Assembly (NCBI GenBank): GCA_045661225.1
Contig: JAZRFF010000028.1
Span: 22,524 to 86,523, forward strand
DNA length: 64,000 nucleotides
Origin: Bacteroidaceae bacterium
GTDB taxonomy: Bacteria; Bacteroidota; Bacteroidia; Bacteroidales; Bacteroidaceae
Reading direction: 5' to 3'
Shown here one piece after another: positions 46,114-56,000 of the stretch (position 1 is its first letter; every line of letters begins with the position of its first letter). The notes under the pieces are model-generated. The model made no database searches. It saw only the letters and a program-made list of their open reading frames with translations, and was not told where the DNA came from. Made by a program: the position numbers and the translations under genes.

Positions 46114-47472
46114 TTAGAATATCTCCTTAAGCTCGCAAGCCTTGACGCTTCTTTGCTCGCCGGTTGTCATATTCTTCAGCGTTACGGTGTTGTCGGTCAT
46201 CTCCTGTTCGCCAATGATTGCGACGAATGGAATATTATGGCTGTTGGCGTATCCCATCTGTTTTTTCATTTTATCGCTACTTGGAAACAGCTCGGCTGAA
46301 ACCCCTGCTGCGCGCAGTTCCGATATTATACGCAGCGAGTGCATTGCCTCCTTCTCTCCGAAGTTTACGAACATTACCTGCGTGTTGTTTATCGACTCTT
46401 TGGGGTAAAGGTCAAGCTGGTTCATTACGTCGTATATGCGGTCGGCTCCGAACGAGATTCCCACGCCTGACACACCGTCCATTCCGAACACTCCGGTGAG
46501 GTTGTCGTAACGACCGCCGCCAGTGATGCTGCCAATTGCTACGTCGAGTGCCTTAACCTCCAGAATGGCACCGGTGTAGTAGTTGAGACCACGTGCCAGT
46601 GTAAGGTCGAGGTCGAGTGCGCTGTTGAGTGTAAGGTTGTTGAAAGCATCGAGTATGAAGCGAATCTCCTCGACACCCTTTTCGCCGGTAGTATTGCCCT
46701 TTAGCGTTTCGGCTATAATCTGTAATTTCTCGTCGTTGTTGCCTTGTGCCTTGAGTATGGGCAGCAATTTTTCAATAGAGCACTCGCTTATGCCTTTTTC
46801 CTTAAGCTCGGCAATGACACCGTCGAGACCAATCTTGTCAATTTTGTCAATAGCAACGGTAATGTCGATAATCTTGTCAGGCTCGCCAATGACCTCGGCT
46901 ATTCCCGACAGTACCTTGCGGTTGTTTAACTTTATTGCTACGCGTATGCCCAACTTTCCGAATACGTGGTCTATCAGTTGTATAAGCTCAACCTCGTTGA
47001 TGAGTGAGTTGTTGCCTATAATGTCGGCATCGCACTGGTAGAACTCGCGGTAACGGCCCTTCTGAGGTCTGTCGGCGCGCCACACGGGTTGAATCTGGTA
47101 ACGTTTAAAGGGGAATACAAGCTCTTCGCGGTGCATTACCACATAGCGTGCAAAGGGTACTGTGAGGTCGTATCTTAAACCTTTTTCGCAGAACTTTGAT
47201 GCAAGCTTGGCTGCGTTGCGGCTTAGCAACTCCTCGTCGGTGATTTTGCTGAAGTAATCGCCTGAATTCTGTATCTTGAAAAGTAGCTTGTCGCCCTCTT
47301 CGCCATATTTTCCCATCAATGTCGATAGGTTTTCCATTGCCGGAGTCTCAATCTGCTGGAATCCGAATATGCGGAAAGCCTCGCGTATGGTGTCGAATAT
47401 GTAGTTTCTTTTTGACATCTCTATGGGCGAGAAGTCTCTTGTTCCCTTTGGTATAGATGGTTTTGCTGCCAT
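46114..47472 (-). CDS. hisS: Histidine--tRNA ligase
   Basis: 452 aa. KGTRDF, class II motifs ([42 protein letters not shown]) and an anticodon-binding C-domain. Confidence 0.95.
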   Translation of the reverse strand: MAAKPSIPKGTRDFSPIEMSKRNYIFDTIREAFRIFGFQQIETPAMENLSTLMGKYGEEGDKLLFKIQNSGDYFSKITDEELLSRNAAKLASKFCEKGLRYDLTVPFARYVVMHREELVFPFKRYQIQPVWRADRPQKGRYREFYQCDADIIGNNSLINEVELIQLIDHVFGKLGIRVAIKLNNRKVLSGIAEVIGEPDKIIDITVAIDKIDKIGLDGVIAELKEKGISECSIEKLLPILKAQGNNDEKLQIIAETLKGNTTGEKGVEEIRFILDAFNNLTLNSALDLDLTLARGLNYYTGAILEVKALDVAIGSITGGGRYDNLTGVFGMDGVSGVGISFGADRIYDVMNQLDLYPKESINNTQVMFVNFGEKEAMHSLRIISELRAAGVSAELFPSSDKMKKQMGYANSHNIPFVAIIGEQEMTDNTVTLKNMTTGEQRSVKACELKEIF

Positions 47473-47476
47473 TGTT

Positions 47477-48196
47477 TCAGTCGCGTCTGTTTGTGTAAAT
47501 CATAATGTAATATAGCAGTGTGGCTAGCGACGAGAGTGCTGCCACAACATAGGTATACGCAGCCGAGCGCAGTGCGCTGCTTGCGTACTTGTGGTTGCCG
47601 GAATTTGTTATGCCTGCAGCCTGCAACCAAACGAGTGCTCTGTGGCTGGCGTCAATCTCGACCGGCAGGGTGATGAAACTGAATATGGTTGTGCTCGCAA
47701 AGAGTATTATTCCGGCCAATAACAATTGGGGGAATGTCTCTACGGTGAGTATACCTATCAGTAGCACAATCGACATAATGTTCGATGAGAATGAGACTAT
47801 GGGTACAAGCGCCGAGCGCATTTTCAGCGGTGCATAGGCTCTTGCGTGCTGTACTGCGTGTCCGCACTCGTGTGCGGCTACTGCCGCAGCAGCCAGGCTT
47901 GCCGAATTGTAGACCCCTTCGCTCAGGTTTACTGTCTTTGTGGCGGGGTTGTAGTGGTCGGTGAGTGTACCCGGAGTACTCGTTACCTTGACGTCGTAAA
48001 TGCCATTGTCGTGCAGCATTTTTATTGCAATGTCGCGTCCTGTCATTCCGATACGCATCTTTGAGTAGCGCTCGAACTTGCTTTTGAGACTTGCCTGCAC
48101 AATGTAGCTGAGCACCGCTATACCTGCAAATATCAATAGATAGGTGTAGTCGTATGCCGGCGCTTGGGCTGTCAGGTAAATTATAGAATTTATCAT
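47477..48196 (-). CDS. Membrane-associated zinc metallopeptidase (Zn_peptidase_2-like)
   Basis: 239 aa. HExxH motif [10 protein letters not shown], with flanking TM segments. Confidence 0.8.
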   Translation of the reverse strand: MINSIIYLTAQAPAYDYTYLLIFAGIAVLSYIVQASLKSKFERYSKMRIGMTGRDIAIKMLHDNGIYDVKVTSTPGTLTDHYNPATKTVNLSEGVYNSASLAAAAVAAHECGHAVQHARAYAPLKMRSALVPIVSFSSNIMSIVLLIGILTVETFPQLLLAGIILFASTTIFSFITLPVEIDASHRALVWLQAAGITNSGNHKYASSALRSAAYTYVVAALSSLATLLYYIMIYTNRRD

Positions 48197-48221
48197 AGTT
48201 GTTTGTTAGGGTCCGGAATTA

Positions 48222-49496
48222 TCAGATTGAGCGTGTGATTGTCTGGTCACGGTCAGGACCGGTCGAGAGGTACTTCACGGGCACGCCAAGCTCCTTCTCC
48301 AGGAACTTTATGTATTCTTTGAACGCCTCGGGCAGTTCCTCTTCGGTTCTGAGCTTGGTAAGGTCGGTCAGCCAGCCTTTAAGCTCTGTGTACACAGGCT
48401 CTACGCCTTCAATGTCATATGGCATATGTTTGAGAATCTCGCCGTTCTTCTTGTATGCGACACAGGCTTTTATTGTCGGGAATGTGTCAAGAACGTCGCT
48501 CTTCATCAAAATGAGGTGTGTGACGCCGTTTATCATAATTGTGTACTTGAGGGCTACAAGGTCAATCCAGCCGCAACGACGTTCACGTCCGGTCACTGCG
48601 CCATATTCGTGTCCACGGTCACGCATCTCGGTGCCGTCGGCATCGAACAACTCTGTGGGGAATGGGCCTGAACCTACTCGGGTGCAGTATGCCTTTGTGA
48701 TACCGTATACATTGCCTATTCTGTTGGGGGCAACGCCGAGGCCTGTGCAAGCACCGGCGCAGACGGTGTTCGATGATGTAACGAATGGGTAGCTGCCAAA
48801 ATCAATGTCCAGAAGGCTGCCCTGGGCACCCTCGCAAAGAATGCTCTTGCCCTCGTTCATAAGGTCGTTGATTAACTGCTCGCTGTCAATGAGGCGGAAC
48901 TTCTTGAGATACTCAATGCCCTCGAGCCACGTTTTTTCCATCTCGGTAATGTCGTAGCTGTAGCTCATATCCTTGAGCATCTGCTCGTGACGAGCCTTTG
49001 CTGCAGCGTACTTCTGCTCGAAATTCTCGAGAATGTCACCCACGCGCAAGCCGTTTCGGCTTATTTTGTCGGTGTATGTAGGACCGATGCCTTTGCCTGT
49101 GGTACCCACCTTGGCGTCGCCCTTGGCTGCTTCATAAGCTGCGTCAAGCACGCGGTGTGTGGGAAGGATAAGATGTGCCTTCTTTGATATAAAGAGGTTC
49201 TTTGTAAGGTCGTAACCGGCCTTTACGAGGTCTTCGGCCTCGCCCTTGAAGAGTGCTGGGTCAAGCACTACACCGTTACCGATGATGTTGGTCTTGCCTC
49301 CCTGGAAAATACCTGATGGAATTGAGCGAAGAACGAACTTCTTTCCTTCAAATTCGAGTGTGTGTCCTGCGTTGGGGCCGCCTTGGAAGCGTGCTACAAC
49401 GTCGTAGTTAGGGGTTAGTACGTCAACAACCTTTCCTTTACCTTCGTCGCCCCACTGGAGGCCTAATAGTACGTCAATATTCTGTCTCATTTTCAT
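48222..49496 (-). CDS. purA: Adenylosuccinate synthase
   Basis: 424 aa. GLQWGDEGKGK P-loop, GPNAGHT and TTGKGIGP motifs. It overlaps the fur-family stop by 4 nt. Confidence 0.95.
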   Translation of the reverse strand: MKMRQNIDVLLGLQWGDEGKGKVVDVLTPNYDVVARFQGGPNAGHTLEFEGKKFVLRSIPSGIFQGGKTNIIGNGVVLDPALFKGEAEDLVKAGYDLTKNLFISKKAHLILPTHRVLDAAYEAAKGDAKVGTTGKGIGPTYTDKISRNGLRVGDILENFEQKYAAAKARHEQMLKDMSYSYDITEMEKTWLEGIEYLKKFRLIDSEQLINDLMNEGKSILCEGAQGSLLDIDFGSYPFVTSSNTVCAGACTGLGVAPNRIGNVYGITKAYCTRVGSGPFPTELFDADGTEMRDRGHEYGAVTGRERRCGWIDLVALKYTIMINGVTHLILMKSDVLDTFPTIKACVAYKKNGEILKHMPYDIEGVEPVYTELKGWLTDLTKLRTEEELPEAFKEYIKFLEKELGVPVKYLSTGPDRDQTITRSI

Positions 49497-49978
49497 TTAT
49501 CTTTACTCATTCGCGCCTTGCGTCTCTTCATAGCCGTGTGGCATTTACTGCAGAGCCCGTAGAGGTTGAGCGAATAATGGGTTAAATGGAATTTTTTTAT
49601 ATTTGCTGTTATAGTCTCTGTTATGTCTAAATTGTTTATCTCTGTCACTTTGCCGCATTTTGCACATACGGTGTGGCACTTTCGGGCTCCGTAGCACTTT
49701 TCGTATTTCGATATTGTGCCGAAACGGTGGTGCACCACAAGGTTGGCGTTCATAAGCAGGGATATTGTGTTGTAAACAGTAGCCTTGCTTACCCTGAACT
49801 TCTCATTCTCCTCTAAATATTTAAGCAGCTCATCAATTTCGAAACTTCTGTTAATTGAATATACTGCATCAAGAATGGCATACCGTTCAGGAGTCTTGCG
49901 GCATTTGTTCTCTTTAAGGTATTCTGTGAACATCTGCCTGACAGTTTCGGCAATCTTGCTGTTTTCCATCATCTGCAT
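49493..49978 (-). CDS. Fur-family transcriptional regulator
   Basis: Start at M28 (MQMMENS...). Winged-helix region (RVSKATVYNTISLL) and two CxxC pairs (CAKCGK, CSKCH). A TATATTTG -7 box lies at 49986-49993. Confidence 0.8.
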   Translation of the reverse strand: MQMMENSKIAETVRQMFTEYLKENKCRKTPERYAILDAVYSINRSFEIDELLKYLEENEKFRVSKATVYNTISLLMNANLVVHHRFGTISKYEKCYGARKCHTVCAKCGKVTEINNLDITETITANIKKFHLTHYSLNLYGLCSKCHTAMKRRKARMSKDK

Positions 49979-50038
49979 ATTGCTACAAATATACCTCTTT
50001 ATTTTATAATATGGTGCAGATTCTCCTTTAAATTTCAC

Positions 50039-50095
50039 TAAAAAAATAACAACAACCAATGAACGGGGCTTTTGTGCCTGTTTATTGGTTGTTAT
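50039..50095 (-). terminator. Terminator of the AraC / AlkD-like operon
   Basis: Imperfect stem ATAACAAC(aac)CAAT ... ATTGGTTGTTAT, followed on the minus strand by TTTTTTT. Confidence 0.55.
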
Positions 50096-50179
50096 GTTGT
50101 ACTTTTTGCTCTATTTTGGAGCTGAATAGTAATGACGTAGTTTCTGGTTTTGTTGGGCCGTCATCTGCAACGTGCGGGT

Positions 50180-50791
50180 TTACCCATTGCCATATTTTCC
50201 GGCGTAGCGTTGTTCTCTCTCCTCGTCCTGAGCGAAATAGAGGTCGAGTGCTTTGTATGCCGATGTTGCAATCTGCTTTTGGCATTCATTATGGGTGTGT
50301 CGTGCAGCCTCGGCGAAAAACTCCTGCTCCTGCTCGGTTGTGAGTTCCGCTCCCTGCCTGAAACAGTGTGCAAGAGTCATAAAACCGCAATAACGGAATA
50401 ACCCTTCGTCCTGTCTCACCCACTGCAGTGCTTTTGTGCAGGCATCGGTAAGGTGGCAAAGAATATTCTGTGCAAGGTGGTCGGCATTTTCGGTGTAACG
50501 GCACTCGGCAATCCACTCGTCGGATACTTGTGCGTAACTCTCTTGCGGTAGAAGGTATATTGCCAACAGTTTGCTCTCGCGAATATTCTCGCGCCACAGC
50601 TCTTTGGCAAGCGTTGTCTCTTTGGGGAACTTTCCGGCAATCTCCTTAAGGTGCGGTATGTCGACGCCGAATATTATATTATAGTTCATTCCCGATTTTC
50701 GCAAATGAGCCGACGTTACGCCGTTCATAAACAGGCGGAACTCTTTTTTTATGCCTCTGATGCTCTCTCGCGTCTCGTCCATAAAACTCAT
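50180..50791 (-). CDS. HEAT-repeat protein resembling the DNA alkylation repair (AlkD/AlkC-like, DNA_alkylation) family
   Basis: 203 aa. The pattern ...NYNIIFGVDIPHLKEIAGKF....LAKELWRENIRESKLLAIYLLP... resembles the family consensus as I recall it. Not verified by search. Confidence 0.5.
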   Translation of the reverse strand: MSFMDETRESIRGIKKEFRLFMNGVTSAHLRKSGMNYNIIFGVDIPHLKEIAGKFPKETTLAKELWRENIRESKLLAIYLLPQESYAQVSDEWIAECRYTENADHLAQNILCHLTDACTKALQWVRQDEGLFRYCGFMTLAHCFRQGAELTTEQEQEFFAEAARHTHNECQKQIATSAYKALDLYFAQDEEREQRYAGKYGNG

Positions 50792-51219
50792 TTTGTTGCA
50801 AGATGCCTTTTGCGATACCCGTTGGGTGTCTCGCCCATCACGCGGTAGAACGATGCGTAGAACGATTGACGGTTGGCGAAGCCTACAAGTGTGCCAATCT
50901 GCTCGATTGTAAGGTCGAGGTATCTTTTGTCGGTCATACGATGGAGCGCCTCTTTAATCCTGTATTCGTTTATGAGGCACGAGAAATTTGTGTTGAAGCG
51001 TGAGTTTATAACCGCCGAAACATACCTTGTGTTTGTGCCAAGCTCGCGTGCAAGTTCTTTTGCCGAAAAATCCTTATCGCGGTATCTTTTCTCAATGACT
51101 ATTATATTGAGAATCTTTTCATACAGTTCATCGGCAAGCTCGGCGCGAATGAGCGAACGGTAACCGGCGTTCTTCTCCTGCTTGTCTTTGATGTTGTAAG
51201 GGGTTGTTGATTTTGTCAT
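50788..51219 (-). CDS. AraC-family helix-turn-helix transcriptional regulator (HTH domain only)
   Basis: 143 aa. FSAKELARELGTNTRYVSAVI ... TIEQIGTLVGFANRQSFYASFYRVMGETP is a double-HTH AraC signature. It overlaps the downstream gene by 4 nt. Confidence 0.75.
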   Translation of the reverse strand: MTKSTTPYNIKDKQEKNAGYRSLIRAELADELYEKILNIIVIEKRYRDKDFSAKELARELGTNTRYVSAVINSRFNTNFSCLINEYRIKEALHRMTDKRYLDLTIEQIGTLVGFANRQSFYASFYRVMGETPNGYRKRHLATK

Positions 51220-51244
51220 TTTTGGTTGTTTTCAATGTTCACCC

Positions 51245-51252
51245 CAAATGTA
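51245..51252 (-). promoter_or_regulatory. Putative -7 box for the AraC / AlkD-like operon
   Basis: TACATTTG on the minus strand, 26 nt upstream of the ATG at 51219. Confidence 0.45.
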
Positions 51253-51448
51253 CACTTATTTCGTCGAATTTTGCAAACAATGTCCGTTTTTTTACAAAAA
51301 GATGTTTGAAATTTGTTTTGCGATTGTTCAAGAACTATTTCTGCACATATTTTACAAGAGCAAATGCGGGGAATGGCGTGCTGTATAAAAAAAGATACAA
51401 AGAAATACCTCTTTTTTTGTAAGTGTAATCCGTTTTTGGCTGTTTGTG

Positions 51449-52255
51449 CTATTTCCTGTATTTTTTTTCGTTTGCCATCTGCTTTAATCTTGTGGCGTTA
51501 TTCTCGCTTTTGCGAGCATCGTCCTCCCGGCCTAAATGTCGGCATAGTATTGACCTTAGAGTGTGATAGGCTGCGTTGCTCGGCTCAATTTCAATGGCTT
51601 TTTCTACGTCCATAAGTGCAAGCTCGTATTGTGCAAGCTCGTGCTCGATATTGCTGCGGGCAATGTAAAGATTTGCGTTCAATGGTTGCTCGTCAATGAG
51701 TAGCTCTAAGAGTATAGTCGCTTCGTTTGTTTTTTTCTCTTTCTGATACAGAATTGCCAGTGCGAGCCTTGCGTCGGTGTTACGTGGCTGGAGCTTCAAA
51801 ATGCGGTTAATGTCGTTTTTTGCCTTGTCATACTCCTTTAGTGCGCTGTATGCCTCGGCGCGCACAAGTAGTGCCGTCGTGTCGTTTGGCTGCGACCTTA
51901 TGACGGTGGTGCAGTCTTCAATGGCTCTGTCGTGTTCACCTTGTTTAATGTACGCCTCGGCACGACGCGTAAGCAGTGTGTTGTCGTCTTTTTTAATATC
52001 AAGCGCCTTGCTGTAGCTCTCAACAGCCTTTGAAGTGTTGCCCTCGAGCAACTGTGACTGCGCAAGGTAAAAAAGGGTCTTCAACTCTGTTGCCTCGTCG
52101 GCAATGGCGAGCGCCTGCTCAAGCGTAGCCGATGCCTTTTCGTATTCGCCACGACTCATAAGTTCCACGCCTTCGGCAAAAAGTGTCGAATGATTTTGCG
52201 CTGTGCCAAACGACGCGAATAGTAGTATAAATAATAATGTAATAAAAGTTCTCAT
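51449..52255 (-). CDS. Secreted tetratricopeptide-repeat protein
   Basis: 268 aa. Signal peptide, then about 6 TPR units (A..Y...G.Y..A periodicity). Confidence 0.8.
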   Translation of the reverse strand: MRTFITLLFILLFASFGTAQNHSTLFAEGVELMSRGEYEKASATLEQALAIADEATELKTLFYLAQSQLLEGNTSKAVESYSKALDIKKDDNTLLTRRAEAYIKQGEHDRAIEDCTTVIRSQPNDTTALLVRAEAYSALKEYDKAKNDINRILKLQPRNTDARLALAILYQKEKKTNEATILLELLIDEQPLNANLYIARSNIEHELAQYELALMDVEKAIEIEPSNAAYHTLRSILCRHLGREDDARKSENNATRLKQMANEKKYRK

Positions 52256-52277
52256 TGCAGTGTGCTGTTTGTTGTTG

Positions 52278-52285
52278 GCAAAGGT
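52278..52285 (-). promoter_or_regulatory. Putative -7 box for the TPR gene
   Basis: TACCTTTG on the minus strand, 23 nt upstream of the ATG at 52255. Confidence 0.45.
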
Positions 52286-52377
52286 ACTCTTTTTGTCGTG
52301 ACTTTTGTCGGCAAAATAAAAAGTTTAAAACAAAATAACAGTTTTTGAGGTTTGATGATTAAAATGGTATTGCAGCA

Positions 52378-52409
52378 TTTGACGGTTGCGAAGATTTTTC
52401 TTATCTTCG
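52378..52409 (+). promoter_or_regulatory. Putative promoter for tRNA-Arg
   Basis: TTTG (52378-52381), a 20-nt spacer, then TATCTTCG (52402-52409; one mismatch to TAnnTTTG). It lies about 30 nt upstream of the tRNA. Confidence 0.45.
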
Positions 52410-52439
52410 CAACCTGAATCGTGACGTAAACGGTTTTAT

Positions 52440-52511
52440 GCCTTAGTAGTTCAATGGATAGAATAAATCTCTCCTAAAGATTAGATTCGGGTTCGATTCC
52501 CGACTGAGGTA
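52440..52511 (+). tRNA. tRNA-Arg (anticodon CCT)
   Basis: Hand-folded cloverleaf. Acceptor GCCTTAG/CTGAGGT (2 G-U pairs), D-arm GTTC/GAAT, anticodon stem AATCT/AGATT with loop CTCCTAA, T-arm TCGGG-TTCGATT-CCCGA. There is no encoded CCA. Confidence 0.85.
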
Positions 52512-52517
52512 CTTTCG

Positions 52518-52551
52518 CGGGATTGGAGTAATCTCCTTTCCCGTTTTTTTT
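52518..52551 (+). terminator. tRNA-Arg terminator
   Basis: CGGGA..GGAG-taat-CTCC..TCCCG followed by TTTTTTTT. Confidence 0.6.
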
Positions 52552-52578
52552 GTATGTACTAATTGATTTTTCTTTTTT

Positions 52579-53049
52579 TTATTCGTCTTTCTCTATTGTC
52601 ACCGGCATTCCTATGTGACAATATGGGTAAAGTCGTTTAATATCGTCGTTGTGCATTCTTACACACCCTTCGCTGCTGCGTGTGCCTATACTCTCGGGGA
52701 ATATTGTTCCGTGCAGCCCAATGTCGCTGAACCCCGGTACGTTAAGACGGAAAAAGAGTGGGCCGTAAGCTCCCGCGCGCATACCTTTGCCGTCGCCAAA
52801 ATCGTGTTTCCACGACGTGGCGTCGTACATCTTTATAATATTGAATGTTCCTTCCGGTGTCTTGCGGTCGCCGACACAGGTCTTGTTGCCTCGGTTGGTT
52901 CCGCACGATACAGGGCAGCGGAACAGGGTGTCGCCCTTTTCGTTTACGACGTATAGTTGCAATCTTTGTTTCGACACTATTATGCGGTTGCCGGCTTTTA
53001 TTCCCAGCGGCAGCAGTGCAAGCATCGCTATTGCTAATCCTTTGTACAT
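52579..53049 (-). CDS. L,D-transpeptidase (YkuD) family protein
   Basis: 156 aa. Signal peptide. Catalytic motif GLHGT....IGTRSSEGCVRMHNDDI. Confidence 0.85.
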   Translation of the reverse strand: MYKGLAIAMLALLPLGIKAGNRIIVSKQRLQLYVVNEKGDTLFRCPVSCGTNRGNKTCVGDRKTPEGTFNIIKMYDATSWKHDFGDGKGMRAGAYGPLFFRLNVPGFSDIGLHGTIFPESIGTRSSEGCVRMHNDDIKRLYPYCHIGMPVTIEKDE

Positions 53050-53058
53050 ATAGTTCTT

Positions 53059-56000
53059 TTATCGTGTGAGTGAGAATTTCATACTTACTCCAAAGTCTAT
53101 GGTTGTAGTGGGGTACGAACTTGTAGAGATAAGCGGTATTGTGTGTCGTCCGTCAAAGTATAGACTGAACGATAGCATTTTGCTGTATGTGTAATCGGCT
53201 GTCAGCGAGTAGTTGAACGATTTGTTGCCGCTTGTAGCCTGTGTCGTTCCCTTGTCGATGCTGCGACAAATGGACGAGGTGTTCTTGAATGAGAAATCTC
53301 CGCGTATGTTAATGTCGTTGCCGCTGCTCTTGTTGCTCTTCGACGCTTTTTTCCCGCCGTTGAGGAACTTGAGTCCCACAATTTTGTAGCCGAGGTTCAC
53401 TGCAATCTCCTGCGAGTATGTTTCTACCATCTGAATGGCTGTAAGGCTAAGGTTGAGTACCCTTGACTGTATAAAGCGTCCTCCGATGGTGATATTGTTG
53501 TTTGTGGTTACGTCCAGTCCTATGAGCGGCGAGAAGCTCTCGTTGACCGACACGGTGTTGATGTTGTAACGGCTGCTTGGTACGGGCATTCCGGTTGTGG
53601 TGTTGTTGACGAACCCGATGCCGTTGGTGTACTCCATATATGTGGCAAATGTGCTGTACGAACCTACTGCATATATGCTCTTGTAGCCGTGTTCGATGTT
53701 CACGCTTTTGAATATTTTTTTAAACCACTCGAGTTTCGATAGACCCGAATATTTCAGTTTCCAGTTGGGGAGCATTCTGAGCATTGATGGGAATACCTCG
53801 TTGCTGCCGCCGGCGGTGTATGTCTCGAGGAATGCCGGTATCATTACGTCGGCCGAATAGATGTCGACACCTCCGTTCGTGGGGTCGTAAGGCTTGCCGG
53901 CCATAGAACTTGTTGCCGGGTAGAGTGTTCCCTCGTAGCGTTTTTCTATGCGGTTGCGGTGTTTCTCAAGGCTGTTGACGAACTTGTCGAATACGTCCGA
54001 TTGGTAGTTGTTGCTTGCGCTTCCGCCACCAAAAGAGTTGCCTATGGTGATTGTGGTCATAGTGAAGCCTCCCGACTCATCGGCGGGCATACCGTCGTAC
54101 ATAAAACGTATGTTCTTGCTTTGGTTGCGTGTCCAGCTTGCGTTGAGGTCTATCTTGAAGTCCTTTGCCGGTTCAAGCGTCATTCGCAACTGAAGGTCTT
54201 CGGCTGCGGTGGTGCTTGCTTGCGCCGAAATACTGTCGTTCCTTAGCAGCCAGTTGTTTTTTTGTGCTTTGCCAAGGTAGCTGTCGTCGATGAGGCCGAA
54301 TGCAAAATCCAGTCCCGGCGAATAGAGACCGTTGTTGCGCCCTTGTCCGAATATGTCGCCTACGTTGGGCATAAATCCGGGGAGGTTCATTGCGTATGCG
54401 TTGGTGTAGCTTATGGATACGTTGCGTACAAGCATCAGTGCTCTTGTAGGGTATTGCATAAACTTGTAGAACCCGCTCTTCTCGCCGTTATTGGTCTTGG
54501 CGAGTATTGACACCTTCACGCTTATGCTGTCGTTGTTCTTTACAAGAATTTTATTCTCGTCAAGGACTTTGTATTTGAGCTTGTACTTCTTTCCTTCTTT
54601 TGTGCGTGCGGTGACCTCTATTTTCTTGTTTTTGAGGTTGTGGGTGATGGTAACAGTGGTGTCTTTCTCCAGCTTAATCTCCTTTGTGAAAGGCTTGGGC
54701 TTTTGTACCTTCTTCGTTTTTGATTTGTTCGATGCCTTCTTGCCGCTCGCGAAGCGTTTGTTTGTCTCCTCCAGGTAGGGTACAATGTTGTATAGTTTCT
54801 CAAGATTGAGTGTGCTCTTTAGGGTTATGTTGCGTTTGTTGGCAATGTTGTTGCCGAAGTTTACTCCACCTGCGTTGTTGCCGCGTTGCCAGTTGTATGT
54901 TGCCGAATAGCTTCCGTCAGCTGTCAGCCACTCGAAGATTGGCATCTTGTTGAGCGGCAGGGTGTACGACGCTGTGAAATTCTGCTGATAGGTGAGCGGA
55001 CGTCCCATTTGCTTGAGGCTCATCTTGACAGAATCCTTCCATATTGCATACTCGTTGGGGTATAGGTGTTTGTTCACGGGCAGGAACGGTTCTTCAACCT
55101 CGGCGTTGGTGCCGGTGTTGAGGCTCATTCTGAGGTTCGTCGTGGGGTCCCATTTTATTGAGAATGAGCGATTCCAGTAGAACTGCTGCGAGAAGGTCAG
55201 GGGTATGCTCTCTCCACCGCCTATGGCGTTTATGTCGCGGCGTTGCTGTTCGTGGTAGTTGCGTGTAATGTCGGTGTTCAGTGCAAGAGACTGTGGCAGT
55301 GGGTTTACGCCCCATTCTTTGAGAATTTTCCACCACTTCGACTTGCTCTTGATTTTTTCGAACGGTTTTATTGTCTTCAGGGGACTTGAATAGCTGTATG
55401 CAGCCGACGCTTTCCAGTTGCGTCTGTTTTCCCGGCTTATTGTGCTTCCGCTGTTGTTGGTGCTTGAGTGCGAGAAGCTGAAACTGAAGTTTGCCGGGTC
55501 GTATGGCATTGACTTTTTGCTCTTTATGTTGAGCTTGGCGTTGCTGACACTGAAATTCTGCGACACTGAACGTACCTCGGCAATGTTCTTCAGCGAGTCG
55601 CGGCTCGCTCCGCTGTATGTGTCGAGCACGTCGTCGAGCAGCAGGTCCGAATCGAACGGGCTGTAGAGCGGCGAGGTAACCTCCTCGGTGTATGAGTAAT
55701 ATGTTGGCAACGACAATTTGAAGAATTCGGGGAAGAATCGTCCGAAATCCAATGTTCCTGTAAGTGAGTAACGGTAGTAGTTGTCGGTGCGGCGTGCTGC
55801 GAGTTTGTCCTCGAGGCCTCCGAATCCGGCTGTTTCCATTCTGCCTTGTGCCGCGAACGAACCAAGGTCGCTGAGCTTGATGTTCAGGTTACCCTGTGCC
55901 GCCCAGCCGCTTTTGTTGTTGAAGCCCAGCAGACGCATCTCGTTGACCCACACTGTCGCCGACTTTGCGCTTGCGCTGTTGTTGCGTACACCAATCATCA

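Noticed and set aside
52384-52414. 11-bp-stem hairpin GGTTGCGAAGAT-ttttctt-ATCTTCGCAACC upstream of tRNA-Arg
   Set aside because: Its right arm coincides with the probable -7 box (TATCTTCG) of the tRNA promoter, and no U-tract follows on either strand. It is probably just promoter-region symmetry.
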